A stretch of DNA of 64,000 nucleotides from an uncultured Clostridia bacterium (GTDB taxonomy: Bacteria > Bacillota > Clostridia > Oscillospirales > Butyricicoccaceae): positions 11,947-75,946 of the forward strand of contig CAJUJQ010000001.1 of assembly GCA_910586575.1 (NCBI GenBank), in the 5' to 3' direction. Shown here one piece after another: positions 8,074 through 17,532 of the stretch. Position numbers and translations under genes: made by a program. Positions within the stretch are counted from its first letter, which is position 1. Each line of letters begins with the position of its first letter. Under the pieces are notes generated by a model. That model had not been told where the DNA came from. It ran no database searches and saw only the letters and a program-made list of their open reading frames with translations.

Positions 8074-9288
8074 TCATCCCAGGTTATTGACCAGCTCGTC
8101 AGCGTCCGAGAAGCAGCGCATAAACAGGTCGCTGACCTCGTCCGCAGGGATCTCCACCGGGATTTCCGGCAAAAGCAGCCGCGGGTTCGACATCTCATAA
8201 AGCATGATATATTGCAGCCACGGGGTATAACCGTTTTCGGCAGTCCCCGCAAGCGCGTCCTTCATCTCGGCGTTCAGGTCAATGCCCGCCACCAGACGTT
8301 CCATCGGGGTATCGAGAATCCGGTCCAGCATGCTGAACATGCCCAGCAGGAAGCCATCGGCGCTGTCCAGCCCGGCACGCTCCATCATCCGCTCAATGAA
8401 CAGACCGCGCAGGCAGCCCTGCCGGATGGCCTCATCCGACGCTGTCGCGTTGTTTTCACGCGCCAGCAGCAGCAGCGCGTAGCGCCGCAGCTCGCCCTGC
8501 CCCATCTGAATGAGCATCCGGCGGATGTCCGGCAGGACGTTGCCGCCGAAATTGTCCTGGAAGCCCGCGCGCTTGAGCAGCAGGTAGGTCATCGCGGCGT
8601 CGCTCTGGATCATCTGCGCGCAGACGTCGAAATCCACGCTCGGCCGCAGCAGCTCGTTGAGCAGCCGCCCATAGGGCGAATCCACCAGCTTCGGGATCTG
8701 CTTGTTCATCAGCCGGGGCTTTTCAAAATAATACCCCTGAAACAGCAGGAACCCTAAATCCCGCGCCGCGTCAAAATCGGCCTGTGTCTCGATTTTTTCC
8801 GCCAGCATGGTCACCGGCACCTTTTTCAGTTTGCGCGCAAAACGGCGCTGGTCGTCCCGGCCAAAGCGTCGGAAATCCACGCGAACAATGTTGATTAGCG
8901 GCAGGATGGAATTATACTGCCCATGGCCGTCATAATCCTCCAGCACCAGGGTATAGCCCAGCTTGCGCAGCTCCTCCAGCTTGCGCGTGACCGCCGCGTC
9001 AATCGTGATATCCGCCATTACTTCAACCGCGACCTCCTTGGGGTCGGCCAGCCGCACGAAATCGTTCAAAATGAGGTTTTTCGTGAAATGGATATAGGCC
9101 ATGTGACCGTTGGTCAGCTTGGAAAAGCCAAACAGCGACATGGCCTCGGATAAAACATTGCGGGTCGCGGCATCCCCATCGGTGATAATGGACACATTGC
9201 CGCTGCGTGCATCACGATAAAGGAGCTCATAGCTCCGGATCTCTTTATTCAGGTTGTAGATCGGCTGTCGTGCAATATAGGCGTACAC
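8074..9288 (-). CDS. EAL + HDOD domain protein (c-di-GMP phosphodiesterase-like)
   Basis: QPIYNLNKEIRSYELLYR...LEDYDG...AEKIET...FQGYYF (EAL fold), followed by an HDOD-like C-terminal half. The start is set at GTG 9288, behind GGAGGAGG; the ORF track extends to 9336, so the start is uncertain. Confidence 0.75.
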   Translation of the reverse strand: MYAYIARQPIYNLNKEIRSYELLYRDARSGNVSIITDGDAATRNVLSEAMSLFGFSKLTNGHMAYIHFTKNLILNDFVRLADPKEVAVEVMADITIDAAVTRKLEELRKLGYTLVLEDYDGHGQYNSILPLINIVRVDFRRFGRDDQRRFARKLKKVPVTMLAEKIETQADFDAARDLGFLLFQGYYFEKPRLMNKQIPKLVDSPYGRLLNELLRPSVDFDVCAQMIQSDAAMTYLLLKRAGFQDNFGGNVLPDIRRMLIQMGQGELRRYALLLLARENNATASDEAIRQGCLRGLFIERMMERAGLDSADGFLLGMFSMLDRILDTPMERLVAGIDLNAEMKDALAGTAENGYTPWLQYIMLYEMSNPRLLLPEIPVEIPADEVSDLFMRCFSDADELVNNLG

Positions 9289-9348
9289 GCGGATGGCCTC
9301 CTCCGTTTTCGTTTTTGGGCGGGCGGGGCACCTCACGCCCCGCCTGGC

Positions 9349-11769
9349 TTAGTCTGCATTTTTATATTGTACGGTCACATCGTCATTTTCGGCAAGCACC
9401 TGGGTAAATTCGCAGGATTCACCATTATGCAGCAGCTCCACCGGGCGCTCCAAACGGCTGAAATCCAGCCCCGAGAATTGCAGGATATCCATAAAATAAT
9501 ACGGATCGCCGTTCGCCTTTGGGGGAAGCGCAAGGGGTTTGCCGTTCATGCGGATATTCAGCCCGGCGCGCGGCAATCCCAGCCCCGGAAGGTCGGGCAG
9601 CACCACCCTGGGGACGCCCCGCCGTTTGGGGGCCTCCGGCCTGGGGGCTGCCATCACCTGAGCGGGCGCTGGCGGCACTTCTGTCACAGGTTCCGTTTTT
9701 TGAGCAGGTTCCTGCGGTAACGGCGCTGCGGTCACAGGCTCTTCCTCCTGGACTGGCACTGACGGTTCCGGCGCTTCCATCACAGGCCCCGCCGCCTGTT
9801 CCGGCACGGATGCCTCTGCCCGCACAGACTTCACCCCTGGGGTATGCCGCACACGCGGTTTACGTTCCGGGGCAGTCCCCTCAAAGCGGAGCTGGCCTTC
9901 GAGCGGCGCGGAATCCTCGGCTTCCGGACGGGTCTCCTTCCTGGGGACGCGCTGCATTTTAACCGGGACATTCACCGCTTTTTCGCCGTCCGCCGTGCGC
10001 ACCACCGCCCGTGCCCGCAAAGGCTCTGCAAAGGACGCCGCCGGTTTTTGAAGCTCCGGCGCTCTTTCCGGCTCCGGCAGCGGCGCGGGCAAATCCGCAC
10101 CCGTCACGACGCTATCCCCGGTACGCAGCCGGTAGGACAGCGCCTGCGGCACGTCATTGACGGTCACGCCGCCTGTGAACCCATCGCCCAAGGCTTTGCC
10201 CAGCGTCTGCGAAGCGTTTTCCCCCGCTTTCGCCGGGGTAAAGTGCAGGCTGTCGCCCGCGTGCACCACCGCCGAAAGCTCGGCAGCTGCTCCGTTGAGC
10301 CGGATGACCGGCGGCGTACCGTGCCGCCCGCGCAGGAATACCCGCTCCCCGTTCAGGGTGTAGCTCAGGTTCGCGCCAGTGCGGCCCATCATGTCGCCGT
10401 AATTACAGCCGTTCATCAGCAAAATATCACGCACATTGAGCGTACCGCTGCGGAACAGCTTTGCGGGCAGGCCGTTCAGCGTGACCACGTAGCTGTCGTG
10501 AATCATGCCGAGCGCCGCCGAAACCGCAATGCCCAGCGGCGTGGAATACTCGGGGTCGTTCAGTCCAATTTTATCAGAATACGCGTTTTTTTCAAAATGG
10601 TTGCCCGCTATGGCGACGCGCGCGTCATCCATCCCGAGCGCCTGCGCGACGGCCTGCCGCAGCCCATAGAGCTTGCTGCCGCCGCCCGCAAGGAACACCG
10701 CCGAGGGCGCCGCGCCGTTCAGCTCAAGCACCCGTTCGGCAATCTCGCCCGCGAGCAGCTGCACGGCAGGCTCAATCATCTCGGTCAGCATTTCGGAGGT
10801 GCACTCGTGCGGCAAGCCAAGGATATCGGTGTACCGGATTGGCTCCGCGCTGCCGATTGCCATCTTGAGCGCCTCGCCGGTGCGGAAATCAATCAGCAGC
10901 TTTTTCATCAGCAGCTCGGTGACCTCGTCGCCCGCGACGGTCGCCATGGTGTACCCGGCGACGCTGCCGTCGCGGCAGACCGCGATATCCGATGTACCCG
11001 CGCCGATATCGGCAAGCACCAGGTTCAGCAGCCGGATGTCGGACGGGATAGCGGCATTTAAGGAAGCGATCGGCTCGAGTGTCAGGCTGGAAACCTCCAG
11101 CCCGGTCTGCGCGACGACCGTATATAAACTGTCCACCACCTCACGCGGGAGGAAGGTGGCAACCACGTCGGCCTCGAGCACGCGACCCCGGTGCCCGTGC
11201 AGCGTGGACATGGGGTAGCCGTCCAGCCGGTACTGCGACGCGGTATAGCCGACCATATAAAAGGTACCGTCCCCGCCGTCGGCGGCCACACTTTCCGCCG
11301 CCGAAACCGCGCCGGCTTCCAGCTGGTTGATGATTTCGTCATCCGCCTGCCGTGGCTCGGCGAATTCCAGCGTAAAGCTGGCCTTTGCCGACTTCAGGGC
11401 GCGCCCCGCAGCGGCAACGCAAACCTTTTTCAGCCGGATATGCTGGCGCGATTCCAGCCGGTCGATCACCTTGCGCGCAATCGCCGCGACCTGCGCAATA
11501 TCTTCAATCTGCCCATCCAGCATGGCGCGGCGCCCATGCTCTTCTTTTTCGATATCGAGGACCCGGAAACGTCCGCCCTCCTCGCGCCCAAGCACGCCGA
11601 CGATACTGCGCGTACCGATATCAAGGGCGAAAATCGTCCCTTCTTGCTGCACGGCAGCAGGCACAGGCTCCGCCTCCTTCCTGATTTCCGGCAGACGGAC
11701 GAGCGCCCCGGCGCGCATCGCTGCCGCTTGGGCAGCAGTGCGTCTGCCGGGGGTTGCCCGCCGCCGCAT
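9349..11769 (-). CDS. FtsA/PilM-like actin-fold (ASKHA) ATPase with Pro-rich linker and C-terminal beta-grasp-like modules
   Basis: 806 aa. Phosphate/adenosine motifs FALDIGTRSIVGV, LADIGAGTSDIAV and FLAGGGSKLYGL. The C-terminal 380 aa hold repeated xxLNG...DGD-type short modules and a long P/E/A-rich stretch. The ATG overlaps the stop of the upstream MCP (TAATG). Confidence 0.65.
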   Translation of the reverse strand: MRRRATPGRRTAAQAAAMRAGALVRLPEIRKEAEPVPAAVQQEGTIFALDIGTRSIVGVLGREEGGRFRVLDIEKEEHGRRAMLDGQIEDIAQVAAIARKVIDRLESRQHIRLKKVCVAAAGRALKSAKASFTLEFAEPRQADDEIINQLEAGAVSAAESVAADGGDGTFYMVGYTASQYRLDGYPMSTLHGHRGRVLEADVVATFLPREVVDSLYTVVAQTGLEVSSLTLEPIASLNAAIPSDIRLLNLVLADIGAGTSDIAVCRDGSVAGYTMATVAGDEVTELLMKKLLIDFRTGEALKMAIGSAEPIRYTDILGLPHECTSEMLTEMIEPAVQLLAGEIAERVLELNGAAPSAVFLAGGGSKLYGLRQAVAQALGMDDARVAIAGNHFEKNAYSDKIGLNDPEYSTPLGIAVSAALGMIHDSYVVTLNGLPAKLFRSGTLNVRDILLMNGCNYGDMMGRTGANLSYTLNGERVFLRGRHGTPPVIRLNGAAAELSAVVHAGDSLHFTPAKAGENASQTLGKALGDGFTGGVTVNDVPQALSYRLRTGDSVVTGADLPAPLPEPERAPELQKPAASFAEPLRARAVVRTADGEKAVNVPVKMQRVPRKETRPEAEDSAPLEGQLRFEGTAPERKPRVRHTPGVKSVRAEASVPEQAAGPVMEAPEPSVPVQEEEPVTAAPLPQEPAQKTEPVTEVPPAPAQVMAAPRPEAPKRRGVPRVVLPDLPGLGLPRAGLNIRMNGKPLALPPKANGDPYYFMDILQFSGLDFSRLERPVELLHNGESCEFTQVLAENDDVTVQYKNAD

Positions 11770-13568
11770 TAGTATTTATCGTAGGCGCCGTAGCTCACGT
11801 CCGCGCCGACAGGAGCTTCGTCATAGGACGGCTCGTGCGCAGCCGGACGGGGGATGAAACCGCCGCCCTGCTTGAGGGTGAAACGGCTCATCAGCTGGTC
11901 AAGCAGCTGCGCCTGGCCGGACAGCTCTTCGCTGGCTGCGGCGGTCTCCTCGCTGGTCGCGGAGTTGGTCTGCACGACTGCGGAAATCTGCTCGATGCCT
12001 TCGTTCACCTGGGCAATGGATTCTGCCTGATGGCCGCTCGCAACCGCGATTTCGCCCATCATAGAAACAGCCGCCTCGGTCAGCTCGCGGGTCTGTTCGA
12101 GCGCTTCCGCAACCTCGGAAACATAACCGCTGCCCTTTTCCACCGCGTGGATCGCGTTCTCAATGCGCGCCTGGGTCGCCTTGGAAGCCTCGTCAGACTT
12201 GCTGGCAAGGTTGCGCACCTCGTCCGCGACAACGGCAAATCCCTTGCCTGCGGAGCCTGCGCGCGCGGCCTCGACGGCGGCGTTCAGCGCAAGAATATTG
12301 GTCTGGAACGCAATGTCACTGATGGTGCCGATAATCGCGCGGACATCCTCCGCAGCGGTTTTAATTTCATCCATCGCGGAAATCATGTTGCGCATCCGCT
12401 CGTCGCAAACGCCAACCTGCGTACCAGCCTGATCGGCTTTCTCGCGGGAGGCCTGCGCCTTCTGGGAGTTCTCGTTGGCGCTCTGGGTAATCTCGGTGAT
12501 AGTCGCGGACAGCTCCTCAACGGCGCTTGCCTGCTCGGTTGCGCCCTGTGCCAGCGCCTGTGCGCTGTTGGACACCTGGTCGGAGTTCGCGGAAACCTGA
12601 TCGGAGGACTGCTGGATCTGTGCCAGCGCGTCGCTCAGGCTGTCGTTAATGCCACGGATGGAGTGCAGCACCGGCTCGAGGTCGCCAACGTAGGAATCGA
12701 CCGCGCGGCTGCGGATATCAAAGTTGCCCTTTGCCATTTCGCCAAGCAGGTAGCCGATATCGGAAATGACGCGGTTCAGGTCGTCAACCACATCGTGGGA
12801 AGCGGCGACCATGTCGCCGATTTCGTCTTCGCTGTCGATCTCAGGCAGCGGGGAGTGCAGGTCGCCCTTCGCCAGTGCCTGGAGACGCTTGACACAGTCG
12901 CCCAAAGGCAGCGCGATGCCACGGGAAATGGAGGCGGAAACGAACACGCCCAGCCCCATCGAAATCACAAGCAGCGCCATGACAATCGCGAGACAGAACA
13001 TGGTCTGCCGCGCCTGGTCCTCTTTCAGCTGGTCTCCCTGGCTGACCTTAAGTTCCAGCAGGGATTTCATATTATCATAGATCGTATTAAAGTCCTTATC
13101 AAGGCTGTTGAACATTTCGTCCTGAATCTGACGGCGCGCGCTTTCGCTCATATTGTTAGTGACGCGGCGCATCAAATCCTCAGCGGTCACAATATAATCA
13201 GCCCATGCGGCTTTTGCGGCGCTAAAGGAAGCCCTTGCAACGTCGGTTTCCAAAGAACCCTCGACCTCATCCAGATACAGGTTCACCTGGCTTACCAGTT
13301 CTTCCATTTCGCTTTGGGATTTCTGACGGATATTGGCATCCAGGCAGCTGATGGCGTCATGGACCTTACCATCGAGCTTCGCGAACTCACCCATGACCAT
13401 ACCGGTATCGCCCTGGGCGAAGCCGAAGCGGACCATACCGACGTCATACGCTTTCTGAATATTGCGCATCATGAGAGAGCTGACCACACCGGTGCAGCTA
13501 GCAAGCACGGTAACACCGCAGACGGCCAGCGTAATCCGCTGTTTAACCTTCATTTTTTTGAGTTTCAT
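11769..13568 (-). CDS. Methyl-accepting chemotaxis protein (4HB-type sensor, HAMP, MCP signalling domain)
   Basis: 599 aa with two TMs. [13 protein letters not shown]...[20 protein letters not shown]. Confidence 0.9.
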   Translation of the reverse strand: MKLKKMKVKQRITLAVCGVTVLASCTGVVSSLMMRNIQKAYDVGMVRFGFAQGDTGMVMGEFAKLDGKVHDAISCLDANIRQKSQSEMEELVSQVNLYLDEVEGSLETDVARASFSAAKAAWADYIVTAEDLMRRVTNNMSESARRQIQDEMFNSLDKDFNTIYDNMKSLLELKVSQGDQLKEDQARQTMFCLAIVMALLVISMGLGVFVSASISRGIALPLGDCVKRLQALAKGDLHSPLPEIDSEDEIGDMVAASHDVVDDLNRVISDIGYLLGEMAKGNFDIRSRAVDSYVGDLEPVLHSIRGINDSLSDALAQIQQSSDQVSANSDQVSNSAQALAQGATEQASAVEELSATITEITQSANENSQKAQASREKADQAGTQVGVCDERMRNMISAMDEIKTAAEDVRAIIGTISDIAFQTNILALNAAVEAARAGSAGKGFAVVADEVRNLASKSDEASKATQARIENAIHAVEKGSGYVSEVAEALEQTRELTEAAVSMMGEIAVASGHQAESIAQVNEGIEQISAVVQTNSATSEETAAASEELSGQAQLLDQLMSRFTLKQGGGFIPRPAAHEPSYDEAPVGADVSYGAYDKY

Positions 13569-13624
13569 TGCAAAAACTCCCCTTCTCCATAAAAATAATA
13601 ACTACTTTCCGAGAGGCCCTGCCT

Positions 13625-13825
13625 CCCGCGCCGCAGCCCATATATTAATCCGCCGCCAAGTGGCGGTCAAATCCGGCAATCGCATGATCGGATTTGAAAC
13701 CCTACCCCGCCGCGCGGCAATGCATGGAGCGCAGGCCAAGCCGGTGTGCGGCCAAAGGCCGCATCAGCGAAGCCCCCTTGTCCAAAATCGGCAGATTTTG
13801 GCCGAAAAGCGGCCGCGTCACCGAA
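13625..13825. repeat. Intergenic modular hairpin repeat, family C, copy 1
   Basis: Long blocks shared with 40312..40530: AATCCGCCGCC..GGCGGTCAAAyCCGGCAATCGCAT..TCGGATTTGAAACC, GCAATGCATGGAGCGCAGGC, and the hairpin CCAAAATC-N4-GATTTTGG (13782-13801). Boundaries are approximate. Confidence 0.6.
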
Positions 13826-14225
13826 TGCGGTTATAGAACGACCGCTTGCCGTCAAGGCTCAGGCTGACCCGCCGGTCGAGCTGCGCAATGCGGTCCAGCT
13901 CCCGCCGGTTCCGTTCGCAAAGCTCGCGCAGCGCCGTCTCCTGCTCCTGCTCAGGCGCGCCCTCGGGCGCGTCCCCGCGCAGCAGGATACTCAGCCGCCG
14001 CGCGTCCTCCTCCGGCTGGCTCAGTACCCCCTGCCGCACGGTCTCTTCAATCTCTTGAAGCTCCAGCAGCGGCTCCTGCCGCATCCCGAGCAGCATCTTG
14101 GTCGATACCTCGTCCCGCCGGTCCACGGCCTGCGCAAGCTGCTGGGTCAGGTCATAAACCTCACCCAGCTTCATGTACGCTTTGCGCTCGCTCATACGCA
14201 GGCTCTCTACAAATTCCATATCCAT
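13818..14225 (-). CDS. Hypothetical helical protein in the fliT position (candidate FliT-like chaperone)
   Basis: 135 aa, acidic and helical. GGGGGTGAG SD. Lies immediately after fliS, as fliT does in Bacillus fliD-fliS-fliT. No sequence motif proves the assignment. Confidence 0.45.
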   Translation of the reverse strand: MDMEFVESLRMSERKAYMKLGEVYDLTQQLAQAVDRRDEVSTKMLLGMRQEPLLELQEIEETVRQGVLSQPEEDARRLSILLRGDAPEGAPEQEQETALRELCERNRRELDRIAQLDRRVSLSLDGKRSFYNRIR

Positions 14226-14234
14226 AACGGTGGC

Positions 14235-14663
14235 TCACCCCCCGGCTTCCTGTGTCCCGACCGGCGGCACCTCACCGCCGCGTCCCTCCGCACAGTTCTT
14301 GTTTGCCGCATGGAATGTGTCCCGCAGGTCTATCATCATCGGCCGTACCTTGTCAAGCTCATCCTTGTTCCGGCCGATCTTGATCCGGTTCATCTCATAA
14401 CTGAAATAATCGTACAGCCGGTGCAGCTCCCGGCTGATCGGATAGCGCATATCCAGCGTATCGTCCAGATACCGCAGGATCGCGATCGCCCGGTCAGCCG
14501 AATCATCAAGCAGCGCATAGTTTTCGTGCGTCAGCGCGATGTCACAGCGGGTCAGCTGCTTCACCAATCCGTCATACAGCGCCAAAAGCAGCTCATTCTG
14601 GTTCATTTCCAAAATATTCTGCCCCTGCTGGTCACGGTAGTGCTGGTACCCCTGATTTTCCAT
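14235..14663 (-). CDS. fliS: Flagellin-specific export chaperone FliS
   Basis: 142 aa. ELLLALYDGLVKQL...AIAILRYLDDTLD...LHRLYDYF is typical of the FliS 4-helix bundle. Lies downstream of fliD. Confidence 0.85.
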   Translation of the reverse strand: MENQGYQHYRDQQGQNILEMNQNELLLALYDGLVKQLTRCDIALTHENYALLDDSADRAIAILRYLDDTLDMRYPISRELHRLYDYFSYEMNRIKIGRNKDELDKVRPMMIDLRDTFHAANKNCAEGRGGEVPPVGTQEAGG

Positions 14664-14679
14664 AGATACTCCTTCCGGT

Positions 14680-17412
14680 TTAATAGCCGCCGCTGCTGCC
14701 GCCCATCAGCCCGGCCAGCGCCGAACTCTGGCTGTTCATCTGGAGCATCATCTGCTCCAATGCGGTGAACTGCCGGGTATAGTAGTCAATCCGGTCGGAA
14801 ATCGTTGCCTGTACCTTTTCAATCTGCTCCGTGAAACGGTCATACTGATCCTGGAACGCATTGTTGTTGATAGACAGCGGCGCGTACTGGGAACCCGCCT
14901 TGGAAATCAGGATGCCGGGGTTCGCGCTTGAGGTGTTCGCGTACTGATCGACAACCTTCTTCACACGCGCCATCAGGCCATCGGTCGCTGCGCCGTTCTC
15001 CCTGGTCTGCGCAAATGTGTCGCGCACACGGTTCGGGTCGCTGGCAATCGCGCTGCGAAGCTTTTCGGTATCAATTTCCAGTGTTGTCAGGCCGCCTGAA
15101 TAGTTGGTCTTAATGCCGATATCCTTCATCATCTGGGCAAATTCGGCATTATCCGAATAAGAGACATCCGGATCCATGCTGATGCCGGTAATCGCGTTGC
15201 GCAAAGCGCTGTGCAGGCTCGAAAGGTCGGTGTCGCCGAACAGGATGCCCTGTTTTGCCTTATCCTCGTATGCCTTGATTGCATCCTCGCTCATGCCTTC
15301 CTTGTCCTCGTCGGTCAGCGGCATGTAGCGGGTATGGTTGGTGCTCGATTTCTCAAGCGGCTGGGTTGCGTACTGCTGGCGGATTTCGGTGACCATCGCG
15401 TTATAGTCATCGACAAAGGTCTGGATAGCCTCGACAATCTTGTCGGCATCCGCTTCACTCTCGAAGGTAATCGGCTCAACGTCGCCGGGCTTGACTGTCT
15501 GCGTCAGGGGTTTGCCGTCCTCGCCCGTGGCCTGTACCAGCAGCGGGGATCCATCTTCCTTGTAAAGCAGATTGTTATCCTTATCCTTTGCCTGCACCAT
15601 GACGGGCACTTCCTTCTCGATGCCGAAAGTATCCTTCAGCGTTACCGTCATGCCGTCAAAATCAATCACGTTGGAATCACGGGTCATATCAATGGTTTCA
15701 CCGTTGACCGTGACATTCAGGATTGCATCCTGTCCCTTCTGGTACTGGCTCTCTTCAAGCTCAAGCTTGCCGTCGTCGTCCACCTTGCCGAACAGCTTTG
15801 CCAACTCACCGGACATTTCAATCTTGCTGTTCGAGCCGGTGTCTTTGGCGGCAATCGAGAACTGGTTGGAAAGCTTGGAATAGGAAGCGGTCACGCCAAG
15901 TTCCTTATCGCTGCCAATCCGGTTCAGCAGGCTATCAATCGTGGTGCTGTCATCAAATTTCAAGGTTTTGCCATTGATGGTCAGCTCTTTTTCCTTGATA
16001 ACCCGGGTACCGTCCTTATCAAGCAGGTAGCCTTCATCGTCAACCGTGTACTTTTTGCCTTCCCCGATTTCAGACGCGTCAACATCGCCCTTTTTCATAT
16101 AATCGAACTTGAAAATATCACCCAATTTAGTATTGGTATTCAAGTAACTGCTCAGGCCGTTGTCGCCCAAGCCGAGCACTGTGCTCGCGTCCGTCGTGAC
16201 AGACAGGGTATCGCCCTTCTTCGTCTCAAAGCTCAAACGGTTGACCGCCTTGCCGTCCACGGTTTCATCCTTCAAATTCACCTTGATTTTGTTCTCGCCA
16301 AACGCGTCGTTCAGCTCGTTTTGCAGCTTCTTTGTGAACTTCTCGTTCATCAGTTCCTTGCGCTTTTTCGCTACGATTTCATCTCGATCCGCAGCGTCTT
16401 TTCCATCAAGCTCCCCGCCAGGCTTCTGTGCTTCCTCCGCCCATTCGTCATATGCATCATCGACGTCCTTTTTCAAGCCCTCAAGCGAAATCGTCTTGCT
16501 AACGCCGTTGAACGTGACATTCATCGTTTTTCCGTCCAGATAAGCCGCCGCATCCTGCTTCTCATAGACCTTACCCACGCGGAAGGAATTCGTATCCTTG
16601 CCGACCTTGGAAATGCCCAGCTTCTGCTGGATGCCCTTATCGGCGCTGCTGATATAGACGCTGTTCCCGGCGTTGGACTTATCCGAGAAGCTAATTTCGC
16701 CGTCGCTGCCGACATTGACCTGGATACGGTCGCTGGCCTTGACATACTCGCCCGAGCCGGTGCGTACCAGCGCGTCGCTGAGCTTGTCGCGGATGCCTTC
16801 CGCCATTTCCTCGGCGGACTTATAAACATCCTTTTCGGTAAAGCCCAGGTAAACGCTGCTGCTGCCATATGTAATGGTCATGCCGCCCGACAGCGAACCG
16901 ACATCCACCTTTTCCGAAAGGTCAAAGGTTCCGACGCCGCTTGTCGTCAGTGCTGTACCGTCGAGCGTACCCGCAAATTTGCTCAGAAGCTCAGAATCCG
17001 ACACATTAGCGGTATACTTCGCCGATGTTGCAAGCTGCTTGATGTTGTTGATCGCAACTTTGCTGTTGGTACGCCCGGTAGCGCTGACGGCCGACGCATT
17101 CGCGCCCAGCACGGAATTTTTCACCGCGTTGTTGAAAAAGCTCATACTGGACAGGTTGGTGCCCGAGGTATAGGAGGTATACTTCCGATTCAGGTTTACC
17201 ATCTTATCCACAATGCTGCGCATCGCGTCCTGCTTCCACTGCACCCTGGTTTGCTGCTGTTGGAGGCCCTGGATCTTCTTTTGATAACCGGAAACCGCGT
17301 TTTCAATCAGAGTTTCGGTATCCAAGCCGCTCGCAAGGCCGCTGATTACGTTTCGATTGCCGTAAATACTGCTTGCGCTGCTGGAGCCACTCAGGCTGCT
17401 GATCGATGCCAT
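14680..17412 (-). CDS. fliD: Flagellar filament cap protein FliD (HAP2), enlarged (910 aa)
   Basis: N-terminal ISGLASGLDTETLIENAV...QWKQDA and C-terminal FliD_C-like region (DRIDYYTRQFTALEQMMLQMNSQSSAL). The start is moved to ATG 17412, 8 nt behind AAAGGAG; the ORF track starts at 17439. Confidence 0.9.
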   Translation of the reverse strand: MASISSLSGSSSASSIYGNRNVISGLASGLDTETLIENAVSGYQKKIQGLQQQQTRVQWKQDAMRSIVDKMVNLNRKYTSYTSGTNLSSMSFFNNAVKNSVLGANASAVSATGRTNSKVAINNIKQLATSAKYTANVSDSELLSKFAGTLDGTALTTSGVGTFDLSEKVDVGSLSGGMTITYGSSSVYLGFTEKDVYKSAEEMAEGIRDKLSDALVRTGSGEYVKASDRIQVNVGSDGEISFSDKSNAGNSVYISSADKGIQQKLGISKVGKDTNSFRVGKVYEKQDAAAYLDGKTMNVTFNGVSKTISLEGLKKDVDDAYDEWAEEAQKPGGELDGKDAADRDEIVAKKRKELMNEKFTKKLQNELNDAFGENKIKVNLKDETVDGKAVNRLSFETKKGDTLSVTTDASTVLGLGDNGLSSYLNTNTKLGDIFKFDYMKKGDVDASEIGEGKKYTVDDEGYLLDKDGTRVIKEKELTINGKTLKFDDSTTIDSLLNRIGSDKELGVTASYSKLSNQFSIAAKDTGSNSKIEMSGELAKLFGKVDDDGKLELEESQYQKGQDAILNVTVNGETIDMTRDSNVIDFDGMTVTLKDTFGIEKEVPVMVQAKDKDNNLLYKEDGSPLLVQATGEDGKPLTQTVKPGDVEPITFESEADADKIVEAIQTFVDDYNAMVTEIRQQYATQPLEKSSTNHTRYMPLTDEDKEGMSEDAIKAYEDKAKQGILFGDTDLSSLHSALRNAITGISMDPDVSYSDNAEFAQMMKDIGIKTNYSGGLTTLEIDTEKLRSAIASDPNRVRDTFAQTRENGAATDGLMARVKKVVDQYANTSSANPGILISKAGSQYAPLSINNNAFQDQYDRFTEQIEKVQATISDRIDYYTRQFTALEQMMLQMNSQSSALAGLMGGSSGGY

Positions 17413-17532
17413 ATAAAACCACTCCTTTATTACACGCATTTTTTTCTATGAAATTTTTGATTGTACGCTAACTTTTCCTGTAAAGTTATCGAATAATATA
17501 GTAGGAATCCGCAAAAGGTCCCTATATTTTTT

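Noticed and set aside
15211-17451. Very long ORFs on the strand opposite to recognised genes. Examples: 15211..17451 (746 aa), 4617..5990, 11754..13592, 21298..23292, 28215..30587, 34057..36156, 45609..46835, 31102..32265, 9844..11061.
   Set aside because: Each lies antisense or out of frame to a gene with clear family signatures (fliD, flgBC, MCP, flgK, cheA, SLH protein, mtlD, FtsA-like). Their translations are Arg/Ala/Gly/His-rich low-complexity strings typical of shadow ORFs in GC-rich DNA, and none has a convincing SD.
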